Notes: generated from the letters alone by a model not told the origin. 64,000 nt of DNA from a virus (IMGVR_UViG_3300025723_001543:93307-157306), one strand, 5' to 3'. Shown: positions 44,987-54,420, counted from the stretch's first letter. Numbers and translations are program-made.

Positions 44987-46711
44987 ATGGAAAAGTCAGT
45001 ACGTAACACCATCAACTCCATTATGGAAGTGGCACAGCCTTTGTCACAGGGCGAAATTAATTTTAAGGCGCTTCATGGCGAACCAAAGCCAACAAATAGA
45101 GATATGATTCCTGGGATTACTGACCAAGATTTTATTTTTAATGGTAATCCTCGTAAAGATAATAAACTTCCTGCATCATATCAGAATGGTGAAAATGATG
45201 CATCAAAAGATGTTTATGATAAAAATTTAAAGGTAACACAAAATTATTATCCCCAAAAAGAAGTTGGGGTTAAAGAAGAAGTTGAATCTGTTGAAGAAGC
45301 TATGAAGGGTGAAGATGAATATAATGCTCGTTATGGCGCTGGTGGAAAGAAGCGTTCATCTGATGAAGTAGAAAATTCTTATATGAAGAACAAGGAAAAA
45401 GTTCTTAATAAGTATAATAATAAAAGTAGTGAAAAAGAAGTTTCTGAGCCAGTCAAAGAAGAAATGAAGGGTGAAACTGAATACAATGCTCGTTATGGTA
45501 AAGGCGGAAAAAAGAAGCCAAATCCAGATAAAACAAAAGAAAAAACTGATTGGAAAGAAATTCTTACAAGAAAGAAAGAAGTTTCTGAAGAAGTTGAATC
45601 TATTGAAGAAGAAATATACTCAACTATTAAAACATTCGTTATCGGTGAGTATGGCATTTCAGTACAAGAATCATCAGATATTTATTGTGTAATTAATCCA
45701 GTAAATGAAGATGAGTATTTTACAGAAGATTATAACGATGCGTGTGATACTGCTAAAGCAATTTTAAGAACTATTGTCAAGGAAGCTATCGAAGAAGAAG
45801 AAGCAATTGCTTTAGCTGAAAAGAGAATTGACGTAGAAAAAGCTATGTATGCTCGTTATGTTCCTGGAAAGTTTACAAAAAAGCCAAATAAGTTAAAAGG
45901 AAACCAGAAGGTTCTTGACAAGAATCATAATGGTCATCTTGATAAGCAAGACTTTGAAATGCTTCGTAAGGAAGAAGCAGAAGAGCTTGAAGAAAAGAAT
46001 TGGATTGCTGGTGCTATCAAACATCCTGGTGCTCTAAAGGCTGCAGCAAAACGTGCTGGCGAAACCACATCAGAATATGAGCAAGAACATAAGCATGATT
46101 CTGGTAAAGCTGGAAAACGTGCACGTCTTGCACTTACTTTGAATAAAATGCATGAAAACTATGATGATTCAAAAGAAGAAGTCAGTATGGTTACAACAGA
46201 ACTTAAGTCAATGATCCACGATGCTACAGAACTTCTTAGCAAGATGCCATCACAGATGCATGTAGAACCATGGGTTCAAGCAAAGGTAGCAATGGCAAAA
46301 GCTTCTATCTGTAGTATTCATGATTACATAGTATATGGCAATGTAAATGAAGAAGTAGAACCACTTGATGAAATTTCTCGTGATCTTGCTTCTAGATATA
46401 TTCAAAAAGCTAAAACAAGTACTCGTGGTGCATATTATGGTGATGATGTAAAAACTTCTGGAAAAAGACAAAAAGGAATTGATCTTGCTCTTCTTAAGAA
46501 GTGGGGTGATAAGAAATTTGGTTATCCTGAGCCAAAGGTAAAGGCTACTGAAGAAGTAGTAAATCATGTTGAAGAAGGCGCAGAAGTTGATCGTATGGAA
46601 AGACACATTGAAACAAGTGAAATTAAATCTGGAAAATCGCCAAAGGTAGCAAAACAGATTGCATGGGCTACTATCAATAAACGTGGTATGTTGAAGAAGG
46701 ACGGGAAGTAA
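44987..46711 (+). CDS. large highly charged (K/E-rich) protein with internal repeats; candidate prohead core / internal head protein
   Basis: Repeated modules (E)MKGE.EYNARYG.GGKK x2. Shares a KKEVSEEV segment with the next ORF. Located between portal and protease gp21 (T4 has gp67/gp68 there). Confidence 0.3.
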   Translation: MEKSVRNTINSIMEVAQPLSQGEINFKALHGEPKPTNRDMIPGITDQDFIFNGNPRKDNKLPASYQNGENDASKDVYDKNLKVTQNYYPQKEVGVKEEVESVEEAMKGEDEYNARYGAGGKKRSSDEVENSYMKNKEKVLNKYNNKSSEKEVSEPVKEEMKGETEYNARYGKGGKKKPNPDKTKEKTDWKEILTRKKEVSEEVESIEEEIYSTIKTFVIGEYGISVQESSDIYCVINPVNEDEYFTEDYNDACDTAKAILRTIVKEAIEEEEAIALAEKRIDVEKAMYARYVPGKFTKKPNKLKGNQKVLDKNHNGHLDKQDFEMLRKEEAEELEEKNWIAGAIKHPGALKAAAKRAGETTSEYEQEHKHDSGKAGKRARLALTLNKMHENYDDSKEEVSMVTTELKSMIHDATELLSKMPSQMHVEPWVQAKVAMAKASICSIHDYIVYGNVNEEVEPLDEISRDLASRYIQKAKTSTRGAYYGDDVKTSGKRQKGIDLALLKKWGDKKFGYPEPKVKATEEVVNHVEEGAEVDRMERHIETSEIKSGKSPKVAKQIAWATINKRGMLKKDGK

Positions 46712-46712
46712 T

Positions 46713-48050
46713 ATGGATAAGAAACCAAATTTCGACCAATACAAGAGAGAAAAAGTTGCTTCTTCAAATGATAAACCACAAGCTGGTTCTGCATGGGATG
46801 AACATGGCAGAATGGCAAATTCTAATGTAAAAAATGCTCATTATTTTTGGGATGCAAAATTTCCTGATAAAGAAAGAGCAATGCGCCATGCTGAAAAAGC
46901 TAAGAAACATGCTGCCGATTATGATGCACTCATGAAAAGTGAATGGCCAAAAGGTTATAATAAAAAAACAAATGAAGAAGTAGAACAGATCGATGAAATT
47001 TCTGACAAACTTGCATTAAATTATGCAAAAAGAGCAGAAAAATCTATGGATAATGCAATGGTAAAAGGTTCAGAAGGTCATGAAACTTTTATGAAAAGAT
47101 CAAAAGGACATACTCTTGCTCTTGATAAAATTAATCAAGGATACAAACGTTTAAAAGCAAAAGTTGGAACTAGCGATGCTAATGCTAAAGATGTTGCTTA
47201 TGATAAAGCAGTAAAGGAAGATGTTGATTCTGCTCGTGCTGCACAGCAAAAGGCTAAAGATTATACAGAAATGGGCCATGATGCTGGAAGAATTGGTGAT
47301 GAAAAAGCAATGAGAAGACATTTTGCTAATGCTGCTTTAGAAAAATTAAAAATTAAAGCCGCAATGAAGAAAAAAGAAGTTTCAGAAGAAGTTCTTGATG
47401 AAACAGAATTTAAAAGAGCTGATTTAGAAAGAGCTTCAGCGGCTTTAGATAAAGCAAGAGATACAAATAAAAGAAAAAATCTTGATCCTGATCTTAAGAA
47501 AAGAGCAGAAAATTGGCATAGACAAAATTTTCTTACTAAACAATTAACTTATATGAGAAGTCGTATTGCATCACAAGCACAACCAAGAAATGAAGAAATT
47601 GAAGTAACTTCGGAAGCTCGTGATGATATATTTTTTCATAAAGATGCTTTAGAAGATTTATCTGGAACAATTTCTCGTCTTAAGAAGAGTGGCAAAGCAG
47701 TTCCTGACGATCTTCTTAGACAATTAGATAAACATAAGCAAGCTGTTGCAAGACTGAGAAGTGGTAAATCGAGATTTGCAGAAGATGCAGACCCAACAAC
47801 AATGCAATCAGATAAACGTGATATTATAACTTCTACAAGAATTTCACCTGCAGGAAGAGTGGAACTTTTTAAACGTCACAAACCAAGAAAACAAATTAAA
47901 ATTGGTGAATCAGATGATATGATTGAAGAAAAACTAAATAGATTATATGAAAATCTTTCTGATGAAAATAAAGAAAAATTTATAGAAAAATTAGAAACTG
48001 AAGAAGGCATAATGCAGTTATTTCAGTTTGCAGAAGAACAAGGATTTTAA
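46713..48050 (+). CDS. second highly charged helical protein, paralogous segment to preceding ORF; candidate internal head/scaffold-like protein
   Basis: 445 aa, K/E/A-rich, shared KKEVSEEV motif, translationally coupled to the previous ORF. Confidence 0.3.
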   Translation: MDKKPNFDQYKREKVASSNDKPQAGSAWDEHGRMANSNVKNAHYFWDAKFPDKERAMRHAEKAKKHAADYDALMKSEWPKGYNKKTNEEVEQIDEISDKLALNYAKRAEKSMDNAMVKGSEGHETFMKRSKGHTLALDKINQGYKRLKAKVGTSDANAKDVAYDKAVKEDVDSARAAQQKAKDYTEMGHDAGRIGDEKAMRRHFANAALEKLKIKAAMKKKEVSEEVLDETEFKRADLERASAALDKARDTNKRKNLDPDLKKRAENWHRQNFLTKQLTYMRSRIASQAQPRNEEIEVTSEARDDIFFHKDALEDLSGTISRLKKSGKAVPDDLLRQLDKHKQAVARLRSGKSRFAEDADPTTMQSDKRDIITSTRISPAGRVELFKRHKPRKQIKIGESDDMIEEKLNRLYENLSDENKEKFIEKLETEEGIMQLFQFAEEQGF

Positions 48051-48052
48051 AA

Positions 48053-48304
48053 ATGTCGGCTGTTTATAAATTTTTAGGAACAGAAATTGGATTAAACGGA
48101 ACAGGAAATACTGTTTCTTTATCTAGACTTGTTAGAATAACAAATGCAAACAATACTTTAACTGTTTTATCAGTTGCTAATACAACTGCTACTTATGCTA
48201 ACGTCACACTTACACCATATGAAGTAATAACATTAGAAAAATCTACCACTGATTTACTTACAGGTGTAAATTTAAAAGCCGTTTCAGTAGCATATAGGAA
48301 TTAA
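48053..48304 (+). CDS. hypothetical small protein preceding prohead protease
   Basis: ORF, 83 aa. Confidence 0.3.
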   Translation: MSAVYKFLGTEIGLNGTGNTVSLSRLVRITNANNTLTVLSVANTTATYANVTLTPYEVITLEKSTTDLLTGVNLKAVSVAYRN

Positions 48305-48308
48305 AAAA

Positions 48309-48974
48309 ATGAAACTTATCACAGAATTAAACGAAGATGTAAAATGCATCACGGAAGAAGGAAGAGAAGGGCAAAAGACACTTTATATTGTCGGTCCTTT
48401 TATTCAAACTGAACAAAAAAATAGAAATAACCGTATATATAGAATGGAATCAGTTTCTCGTGAAGTTAAGCGTTATGTAGAAAATTATGTCAATAAGAAT
48501 AGAGCTTTGGGCGAACTAGGTCATCCAGATAGTCCTTCTATGAATCTTGATAGAGTTTCACATTGCATTACAAGCCTTACACAAGAAGGCAATAATTTTA
48601 TGGGAAAAGCTAAGATTCTTAATACTCCAATGGGAAATATTGCTCGCAATCTTATTGAAAGTGGCGTTCAACTTGGTGTTTCTACAAGAGGTATGGGATC
48701 AATTGTAGAAGAAAATGGAGTTCATGTTGTTCAAGACGATTTTTATCTTGCTACAGCAGGTGATATTGTTGCTGATCCTTCCGCACCTGATGCTTTTGTA
48801 AATGGCATCATGGAAGGCGTTGAGTGGATTTGGGACAACGGTATTATAAAGGCTCAGAAGGTAGAAGCAGCTAAGAAGCACATTAATGAAGTAGCTGCCA
48901 AAGTTACACATTCTAAAAAAGAACTTGAAGAAGCAAAGCTGAGAGTATTTCAGCATTTAATTTCAAATTTATAA
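48309..48974 (+). CDS. 21: prohead core protease gp21
   Basis: GPFIQTEQKNRNNRIYRMESVSREV...LGELGHPDSPSMNLDRVSHCIT...AKILNTPMGNIARNLIESG matches T4 gp21 (GPFMEADTINRNKRLYRKNLLESEI...GELGHPSENRINLNNVSHLIK...VQILNTPNGNIARSLLKDG). Confidence 0.88.
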   Translation: MKLITELNEDVKCITEEGREGQKTLYIVGPFIQTEQKNRNNRIYRMESVSREVKRYVENYVNKNRALGELGHPDSPSMNLDRVSHCITSLTQEGNNFMGKAKILNTPMGNIARNLIESGVQLGVSTRGMGSIVEENGVHVVQDDFYLATAGDIVADPSAPDAFVNGIMEGVEWIWDNGIIKAQKVEAAKKHINEVAAKVTHSKKELEEAKLRVFQHLISNL

Positions 48975-48978
48975 AAAG

Positions 48979-48986
48979 TATAAATA
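48979..48986 (+). promoter_or_regulatory. T4-type late promoter TATAAATA upstream of gp22
   Basis: Exact octamer 34 nt upstream of ATG 49020. Confidence 0.5.
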
Positions 48987-49019
48987 ATTTACATATAAAA
49001 TTTTTAAGGAGAATATCTA

Positions 49020-50066
49020 ATGTCTGACGAACTAAACAATATTGATGATGTAGAAGAAATCACTCTTGAAGAAGATGCTGCTGCATCAAATCAAGCAACA
49101 ATTGCTATGAAGCCAACTGGAATTTCACGTTCTGATTTGATTTCAAAGATGGTTGCTTATGCATCACAACTTGGTAAAGAAGACCTTTCTCAAGCAATTG
49201 AGAAGATGGGAATTCCTGAGCCAGAAGAAATTTTTAACAACAATACAAATCTTGCAACTGGCGATATGTCTGCAAAAAACAAGGCTACTATTAGATCAAG
49301 TAATGCTAAGGGCGATCCTATGCAGTCAGTAAAGGAAGACCTAAATCTTCTTTTTGGTGATTCAACTGATCTTTCTGAAGATTTTCGTATTAAGGTAGGA
49401 ACACTATTTGAAGCTGCTGTTTCAACTAGAGTTGGAATCGAAAACGCTCGTCTAGAAGAAGAATTTGAAGAAAAGCTTGAAGAATCATATATTGAAATTA
49501 AGGAAGATATGATGTCAAATATTGACGCATATCTAAATTATGCAGTAGCAGAATGGGCTTCTGATAATAGACTTGCTATCGAAAACAATATTCGTGCTCA
49601 AGTAACCGAATCTTTTATCAACGGATTGAAGGGTCTATTTGAAGAGCATTATGTTGAAATTCCAGAAGACAAGGTTGATGTTGTTGAATCATTGGCAATG
49701 CGTATCGAAGAACTAGAAACTCTAGTAAACGAAACCACTGCAGATAATATTGAACTTACAAAGCTTGTCAATGAAAAGGAAGTCAGAGAAATTTCTGATA
49801 GCCTAACAGAAGGAATGACTTCAGTACAAAAAGATAAGTTTGTTAAGCTTACTGAAGCTGTGAGTTATTCTGATGCAAATGAATTCCGTAAGAAGGCAAA
49901 TGTCATTAAGGAAACATATTTTGCTGGAAAGAGCGATATCAAGGTTGTTGAAGATCGTCTTCTTAGTGAGAGTGTTGAAGAGCCAGAAATGAACAAGTCA
50001 AATTCAAACATGGATTCTTCTATGCAGATGTATGTTTCTAATCTTTCTAAAACAATTAAAAAGTAA
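49020..50066 (+). CDS. 22: prohead core scaffold protein gp22
   Basis: YLNYAVAEWASDNRLAIENNIRAQVTESFINGLKGLFEEHYVEIPEDKVDVVESLAMRIEELE aligns with T4 gp22 (FLDHLAKEWLAENKLAVDKGIKAELFESMLGGLKELFVEHNVVVPEESVDVVAEMEEELQE). Confidence 0.85.
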   Translation: MSDELNNIDDVEEITLEEDAAASNQATIAMKPTGISRSDLISKMVAYASQLGKEDLSQAIEKMGIPEPEEIFNNNTNLATGDMSAKNKATIRSSNAKGDPMQSVKEDLNLLFGDSTDLSEDFRIKVGTLFEAAVSTRVGIENARLEEEFEEKLEESYIEIKEDMMSNIDAYLNYAVAEWASDNRLAIENNIRAQVTESFINGLKGLFEEHYVEIPEDKVDVVESLAMRIEELETLVNETTADNIELTKLVNEKEVREISDSLTEGMTSVQKDKFVKLTEAVSYSDANEFRKKANVIKETYFAGKSDIKVVEDRLLSESVEEPEMNKSNSNMDSSMQMYVSNLSKTIKK

Positions 50067-50071
50067 AAAAT

Positions 50072-50079
50072 TATAAATA
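50072..50079 (+). promoter_or_regulatory. T4-type late promoter TATAAATA upstream of major capsid gene
   Basis: Exact octamer 35 nt upstream of ATG 50114. Confidence 0.55.
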
Positions 50080-50113
50080 ATATTACAAATAACTTTCCTA
50101 AAGGAGAAATTAA

Positions 50114-51466
50114 ATGAACCCTCTAAATGAAGAACTAATTGCTAAGTGGAAGCCCCTTCTTGAACATCCTGATCTTCCAAAGATCACTGATATGCATCGT
50201 CGTAATACAACTGCACAGCTTCTTGAAAATACAGAAAGAGCTATCCGTGAACAGGCTGCTTTCAACCCACAGTCACTTCTAACTGAAACTGGCATCAATG
50301 CTGCCGGAACTGGTGGATACGGTGGAGCTGGTGGTGCTGGCGTTGCTGGTTACGACCCAATCCTTATCTCACTTATTCGTCGTTCTGTTCCTAACCTTAT
50401 TGCTTATGATATCTGCGGCGTTCAGCCAATGACTGGTCCTACTGGACTTATCTTCGCAATGCGTTCACAGTATGCTAACAGCACTGCAAAGGGCAACGAA
50501 ACATTCTATGATGAAGTTCTAACTAACAACTCAACTATTGCTTCTGGTGCAAATACAATCGGCAACGCACAGACTGGTACTTCAGGTGCATTTGCTGGTG
50601 CTTCAGGCGCTGATGCTTATAACTTTGCTCAAGGCATGACTACTTCACAGTCAGAAGGTCTTGGATCAAATTATACATTCCCTGAAATGGCATTCAGCAT
50701 TGATAAGGTTTCTGTAACTGCTCGTAGCCGTGCGCTAAAGGCAGAATACACTATGGAACTTTCTCAAGATTTGAAGGCAGTTCATGGTCTAGATGCTGAA
50801 ACAGAACTTGCTAACATTCTTCAGTCAGAAATTCTTGCTGAAATCAATCGTGAAGTAGTTCGTACAATCAACCTTTCTGGCGTTTCTGGCGCTCAGTATG
50901 GCACAACAACTCCCGGCGTATTCGATCTTGATACTGACTCAAACGGTCGTTGGTCAGTTGAAAAGTTCAAGGGTCTTATGTTCCAGATTGAAAGAGAAGC
51001 TAACCAGATTGCCAAGGACACTCGTCGTGGTAAGGGTAACATCATCATCTGTTCTTCTGACGTTGCTTCAGCTCTTCAGATGGCTGGTGTTCTTGACTAC
51101 ACTCCTGCTCTTGCTTCAAATAACCTACAGGTAGATGACACTGGTAATACTTTCGCTGGTATTCTCAATGGTCGTTTCCGTGTTTACATTGATCCTTATA
51201 CCACTGGCAACTATGCCACTATCGGTTATAAGGGTGCAAATGCATTTGACGCTGGTATCTTCTATTGCCCATACGTTCCTCTACAGATGGTTCGTGCAGT
51301 TGGTCAAGATACATTCCAGCCAAAGATTGGATTCAAGACTCGTTACGGAATGGTCGCAAACCCATTCGCCCGTTCAGTTGTTGGATCACCTAATCTTTCA
51401 GACGGAACTATCATAAGCAACTCAAATGGTTACTATCGTAGAGTTATTGTCAACAATATTCTCTAA
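50114..51466 (+). CDS. 23: major capsid protein gp23
   Basis: YDPILISLIRRSVPNLIAYDICGVQPMTGPTGLIFAMRSQY matches T4 gp23 (...PMVRRVFPRLIAHDLVSVQPM...). GC-richer codon usage typical of a highly expressed gene. Confidence 0.9.
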   Translation: MNPLNEELIAKWKPLLEHPDLPKITDMHRRNTTAQLLENTERAIREQAAFNPQSLLTETGINAAGTGGYGGAGGAGVAGYDPILISLIRRSVPNLIAYDICGVQPMTGPTGLIFAMRSQYANSTAKGNETFYDEVLTNNSTIASGANTIGNAQTGTSGAFAGASGADAYNFAQGMTTSQSEGLGSNYTFPEMAFSIDKVSVTARSRALKAEYTMELSQDLKAVHGLDAETELANILQSEILAEINREVVRTINLSGVSGAQYGTTTPGVFDLDTDSNGRWSVEKFKGLMFQIEREANQIAKDTRRGKGNIIICSSDVASALQMAGVLDYTPALASNNLQVDDTGNTFAGILNGRFRVYIDPYTTGNYATIGYKGANAFDAGIFYCPYVPLQMVRAVGQDTFQPKIGFKTRYGMVANPFARSVVGSPNLSDGTIISNSNGYYRRVIVNNIL

Positions 51467-51472
51467 TAAAAA

Positions 51473-51494
51473 CCCCGCTGATTCAAAGGCGGGG
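51473..51494 (-). terminator. intrinsic terminator for minus-strand early operon (CCCCGC-10nt loop-GCGGGG, followed by UUUUU on minus strand)
   Basis: Stem 51473-51478/51489-51494; A5 at 51468-51472 gives a U-run in minus orientation. Confidence 0.55.
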
Positions 51495-51526
51495 CAATAC
51501 AAGACGGTTTCAAGCCGCAAACTTAA

Positions 51527-51553
51527 GGGGAGCAGAGATGCTCCCCTTTTTTT
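51527..51553 (+). terminator. strong intrinsic terminator after gp23 (GGGGAGCA-GAGA-TGCTCCCC + T7)
   Basis: 8-bp GC-rich stem 51527-51534/51539-51546, T-run 51547-51553. Confidence 0.8.
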
Positions 51554-52016
51554 ATTTCATATCCTTGATAATTTTATCAAGTTGGTCTGCAGTTATTGGC
51601 CCATATTCATTTTTTAAAATACTCCAAAGAGCATCTTCTACTCCTTCTCCATAGTATGACGCAAGAGGTTGGGGAACCTCATCAACATCCTTTGAATAAT
51701 TAATAACATTAACAAAAGTCATTTTATTTTCATCATCCCATGACTTTAGATAATGATTATCTTCATCAAACATACGAAGATAATCTTCCTTCGTAATTTC
51801 ACGATGAGACAAAATGATAGTTGGCTCAAGATGAAGTTGACTAAATTCTTTCAAATTAGCTTCACTTTCTTGCATTATATATTCATCACACGCATGATCA
51901 ATATCATCTTCTACCTCAAAAACATATCTCATCCGGTATTGAGAAAGTGCTTCCAACATCACAAGTTTCTTAACCATATAACTATTCTCCTTAGATAATA
52001 TAAAAGGTATCACCAC
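51552..52016 (-). CDS. hypothetical early protein
   Basis: ORF, 154 aa, last gene of a minus-strand operon ending at the terminators. Confidence 0.4.
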   Translation of the reverse strand: MVIPFILSKENSYMVKKLVMLEALSQYRMRYVFEVEDDIDHACDEYIMQESEANLKEFSQLHLEPTIILSHREITKEDYLRMFDEDNHYLKSWDDENKMTFVNVINYSKDVDEVPQPLASYYGEGVEDALWSILKNEYGPITADQLDKIIKDMK

Positions 52017-52302
52017 TCAGAACATGAGTATGTAAAAACCTATTGGGATTACGTATTTCTTTATATTGAGTTACGGGAATATCAATAATGACCTCTTCCT
52101 TTTTCACAGGAGGAGGAACATCATTTTCGTATATTTCAACTATATTAATTTTGCTTCCATGATTTTTCTTTGCAGAGATTTTCTCTACAAATTTCTTTGC
52201 TTCTTTTATAGAAGAAAAAATCTCAAACTTCTTTTCAAAATCCAAAGTTTGAGATTTATCAAGAAACCAATAGCCGTATTCGACTTTATATTTGGTAATC
52301 AT
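51991..52302 (-). CDS. hypothetical early protein
   Basis: ORF, 103 aa. Confidence 0.35.
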   Translation of the reverse strand: MITKYKVEYGYWFLDKSQTLDFEKKFEIFSSIKEAKKFVEKISAKKNHGSKINIVEIYENDVPPPVKKEEVIIDIPVTQYKEIRNPNRFLHTHVLSGDTFYII

Positions 52303-52547
52303 GCTGACACCCGAAAGTTATGAGTATCATGAAAATACTGTTTACCATGGTCAATAGCATCATACTGATGACAACCATTTTTAATGGTGAAGCGATCCAC
52401 TTGAAAAACTTGTTGATTATTACTAAATTCGTATACACAAAAATAGTTATCACCATTCCATGTGATGAACTGATTCAGTTTGAAGTCAGAAGCAACAACC
52501 ATACGGTTGATGACAGCATCATGAAAATCGATATACAACCTAGCCAT
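52299..52547 (-). CDS. hypothetical early protein
   Basis: ORF, 82 aa. Confidence 0.35.
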   Translation of the reverse strand: MARLYIDFHDAVINRMVVASDFKLNQFITWNGDNYFCVYEFSNNQQVFQVDRFTIKNGCHQYDAIDHGKQYFHDTHNFRVSA

Positions 52548-52603
52548 GTGAACCTCCGTTGTTCATATAAAGACCATATCATACCAATATATGGTGTCAA
52601 GCA

Positions 52604-52957
52604 CTAATTTCCAAAATATTCTTCGTTTGGATTATCTTTCATAAAAGATTCAGCAAAAGCTTGAGCGGTTTCTTCATCATAACTATCTGGGATATTTGCT
52701 TCTGGATAATATTGAAACATGCTTGTACCAGAATCGGTAACATTTTCTACACCATACATAACAGAATATGAATGGTCACGATGAACTTTAATATCCATAC
52801 AACGTACAACTTTTTTCTTGGCAAAAGCTTTCATTTCGTATATATCACGGGTCCATTCTTCACCTTCATGACGAAGAGTTTCTGTACGATCAAAAATCTT
52901 ATGAACACGAGGAACCCAATAGGTATATCCAATGTCATATTTGGTTTTGATATCCAT
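52604..52957 (-). CDS. hypothetical early protein
   Basis: ORF, 117 aa, first gene after the minus-strand sigma70-like promoter. Confidence 0.4.
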   Translation of the reverse strand: MDIKTKYDIGYTYWVPRVHKIFDRTETLRHEGEEWTRDIYEMKAFAKKKVVRCMDIKVHRDHSYSVMYGVENVTDSGTSMFQYYPEANIPDSYDEETAQAFAESFMKDNPNEEYFGN

Positions 52958-52989
52958 ATGTAATCTCCAATTTCAATATCACAATACCT

Positions 52990-53018
52990 ATTATATAGAT
53001 AAAAAAAATGATGTCAAG
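52990..53018 (-). promoter_or_regulatory. sigma70-type early promoter TTGACA-N17-TATAAT (minus strand)
   Basis: Revcomp of 53013-53018 is TTGACA and revcomp of 52990-52995 is TATAAT; 17-nt spacer. Confidence 0.6.
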
Positions 53019-53041
53019 CCAAAAAAAGTTTAAAATAGGTG

Positions 53042-53070
53042 TTGACATTCTTTTTTGATGGGTCTAATAT
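53042..53070 (+). promoter_or_regulatory. sigma70-type early promoter TTGACA-N17-TAATAT (plus strand), followed by ACACAC-ATGAG-GTGTGT inverted repeat at the start region
   Basis: TTGACA 53042-53047, TAATAT 53065-53070. Divergent from the promoter at 52990-53018. Confidence 0.6.
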
Positions 53071-53122
53071 GCCTCCATACACACATGAGGTGTGTAGCAA
53101 TCAGTGAAAGAAGGGTTACATT

Positions 53123-53389
53123 ATGAATTACAACATTACCAAGATGGATCGTGTCATCATTGCTCTCACGGCTGGTGATCAGCTTACCAAGCGTCAGATC
53201 AAGGCTCGTTTTGGAGTTGCCAATCCCCGTGCTACAATCTCTGACCTTCGTATGAAGGGGTTCCCAATTTATCTTCGTAAGCATAAGACCACTAAGGGAA
53301 CTACTCTCAAGTATGAGCTTGGCAAGCCTTCTCGTGCTGTCATTGCTGCTGGTTATCAGTATCTGGCCATGCAGAAGCAGACTGGCTAA
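53123..53389 (+). CDS. small basic protein, possible winged-helix DNA-binding protein, in its own promoter-terminator unit
   Basis: 88 aa, GC-richer than the genome average. LTKRQIKARFGVANPRATISDLRMKGFPI is HTH-like. Flanked by a consensus promoter and an intrinsic terminator. Confidence 0.3.
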   Translation: MNYNITKMDRVIIALTAGDQLTKRQIKARFGVANPRATISDLRMKGFPIYLRKHKTTKGTTLKYELGKPSRAVIAAGYQYLAMQKQTG

Positions 53390-53403
53390 TAAAATAATTT
53401 AAA

Positions 53404-53428
53404 AAGGGGGTTGACGCCCCCTTTTTTT
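53404..53428 (+). terminator. intrinsic terminator (A-run, GGGGG-TTGACG-CCCCC, T7); bidirectional-capable
   Basis: Stem 53406-53410/53417-53421, T-run 53422-53428. Confidence 0.7.
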
Positions 53429-53438
53429 ATGCTAATAT
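53411..53438 (+). promoter_or_regulatory. sigma70-type promoter TTGACG-N16-TAATAT whose -35 hexamer is the terminator loop
   Basis: TTGACG 53411-53416 (hairpin loop), TAATAT 53433-53438, upstream of ATG 53457. Confidence 0.45.
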
Positions 53439-53456
53439 GAATCATCAACAACGGAG

Positions 53457-53738
53457 ATGGTCATGTCCAAGCGCAAAACCTTCAATGTCGAAGAATTTAA
53501 ACAATCCATCAACAAGATGCTTGCTGGCTCTGTTATCAATCCAGAAGGTCGCAAGTCGATGATTGTCATCCTTGAAGACGTTCTTATGCAGACTGGCAAC
53601 TACAAAGGTTTCCGATACCTTAGTGAAAAGGAAGTTCCGGCTGGGCATACAGCTGGAATTAATCACAGCGATTATTTTCAACCCACACATGAAGAATTAT
53701 TTGACAACACAGATAACACTCGTGTTTGTTACCTTTGA
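53457..53738 (+). CDS. hypothetical early protein
   Basis: ORF, 93 aa. Confidence 0.35.
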   Translation: MVMSKRKTFNVEEFKQSINKMLAGSVINPEGRKSMIVILEDVLMQTGNYKGFRYLSEKEVPAGHTAGINHSDYFQPTHEELFDNTDNTRVCYL

Positions 53739-53944
53739 GGGAGAATACCATGCTTAATATGGAATTTTACCTTGATGCGATGTTGCGTGTCAGCTGGACT
53801 GTGGTTGACTACATGCTCGAAATGATGTATGTTTTGGATACAAACAACGAGAAAAATAAAATCGAGGCATTAGAAATCCTTCGTAAGGAAGCAAAATACA
53901 AGTTTTCTGACGAAGAACGCTATGAAAACGGAATCTTCATCTAA
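53726..53944 (+). CDS. hypothetical early protein
   Basis: ORF, 72 aa. Confidence 0.3.
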   Translation: MLPLRENTMLNMEFYLDAMLRVSWTVVDYMLEMMYVLDTNNEKNKIEALEILRKEAKYKFSDEERYENGIFI

Positions 53945-53958
53945 AAGGAGAATGTATC

Positions 53959-54417
53959 ATGGGTACTCGTGCAGTTTTCACATTTAAGGACGATCTTAAC
54001 ACTTTTGCCGTCTATAAACATTGGGATGGATACCCAGAAGGTGCATCTGAGTACTTGACCAAAGCAATTCCTATTTCATGGGGATTGGATAGATATGAGG
54101 CTGATGACTTTTCAGCTGCTTTTGTCGCAGCGAATAAGAAAAATGGGGGTGATATCTATCTCACACCATCTATAGATGCTCATAGTGATTTGGAATACCA
54201 TTACGAGTTGACTTCTGCCGTTACGAATAGCCAATTGATTATTCGTGCATCTAAGGTTGAATATGAACGCATCAATGAAGATGACTATCAAATTGCTTTT
54301 AAGGAGATTTTTTACGGTCGCTTGAAAGAATTTGTTGACATCTACGGTAGTTCTGATACAAAGAAGATGTGGAACACGTTGGACAAGTCGCCCAACAAGC
54401 TTTATGAAGGAGTCTGA
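53959..54417 (+). CDS. hypothetical early protein
   Basis: ORF, 152 aa. Confidence 0.35.
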   Translation: MGTRAVFTFKDDLNTFAVYKHWDGYPEGASEYLTKAIPISWGLDRYEADDFSAAFVAANKKNGGDIYLTPSIDAHSDLEYHYELTSAVTNSQLIIRASKVEYERINEDDYQIAFKEIFYGRLKEFVDIYGSSDTKKMWNTLDKSPNKLYEGV

Positions 54418-54420
54418 ATC

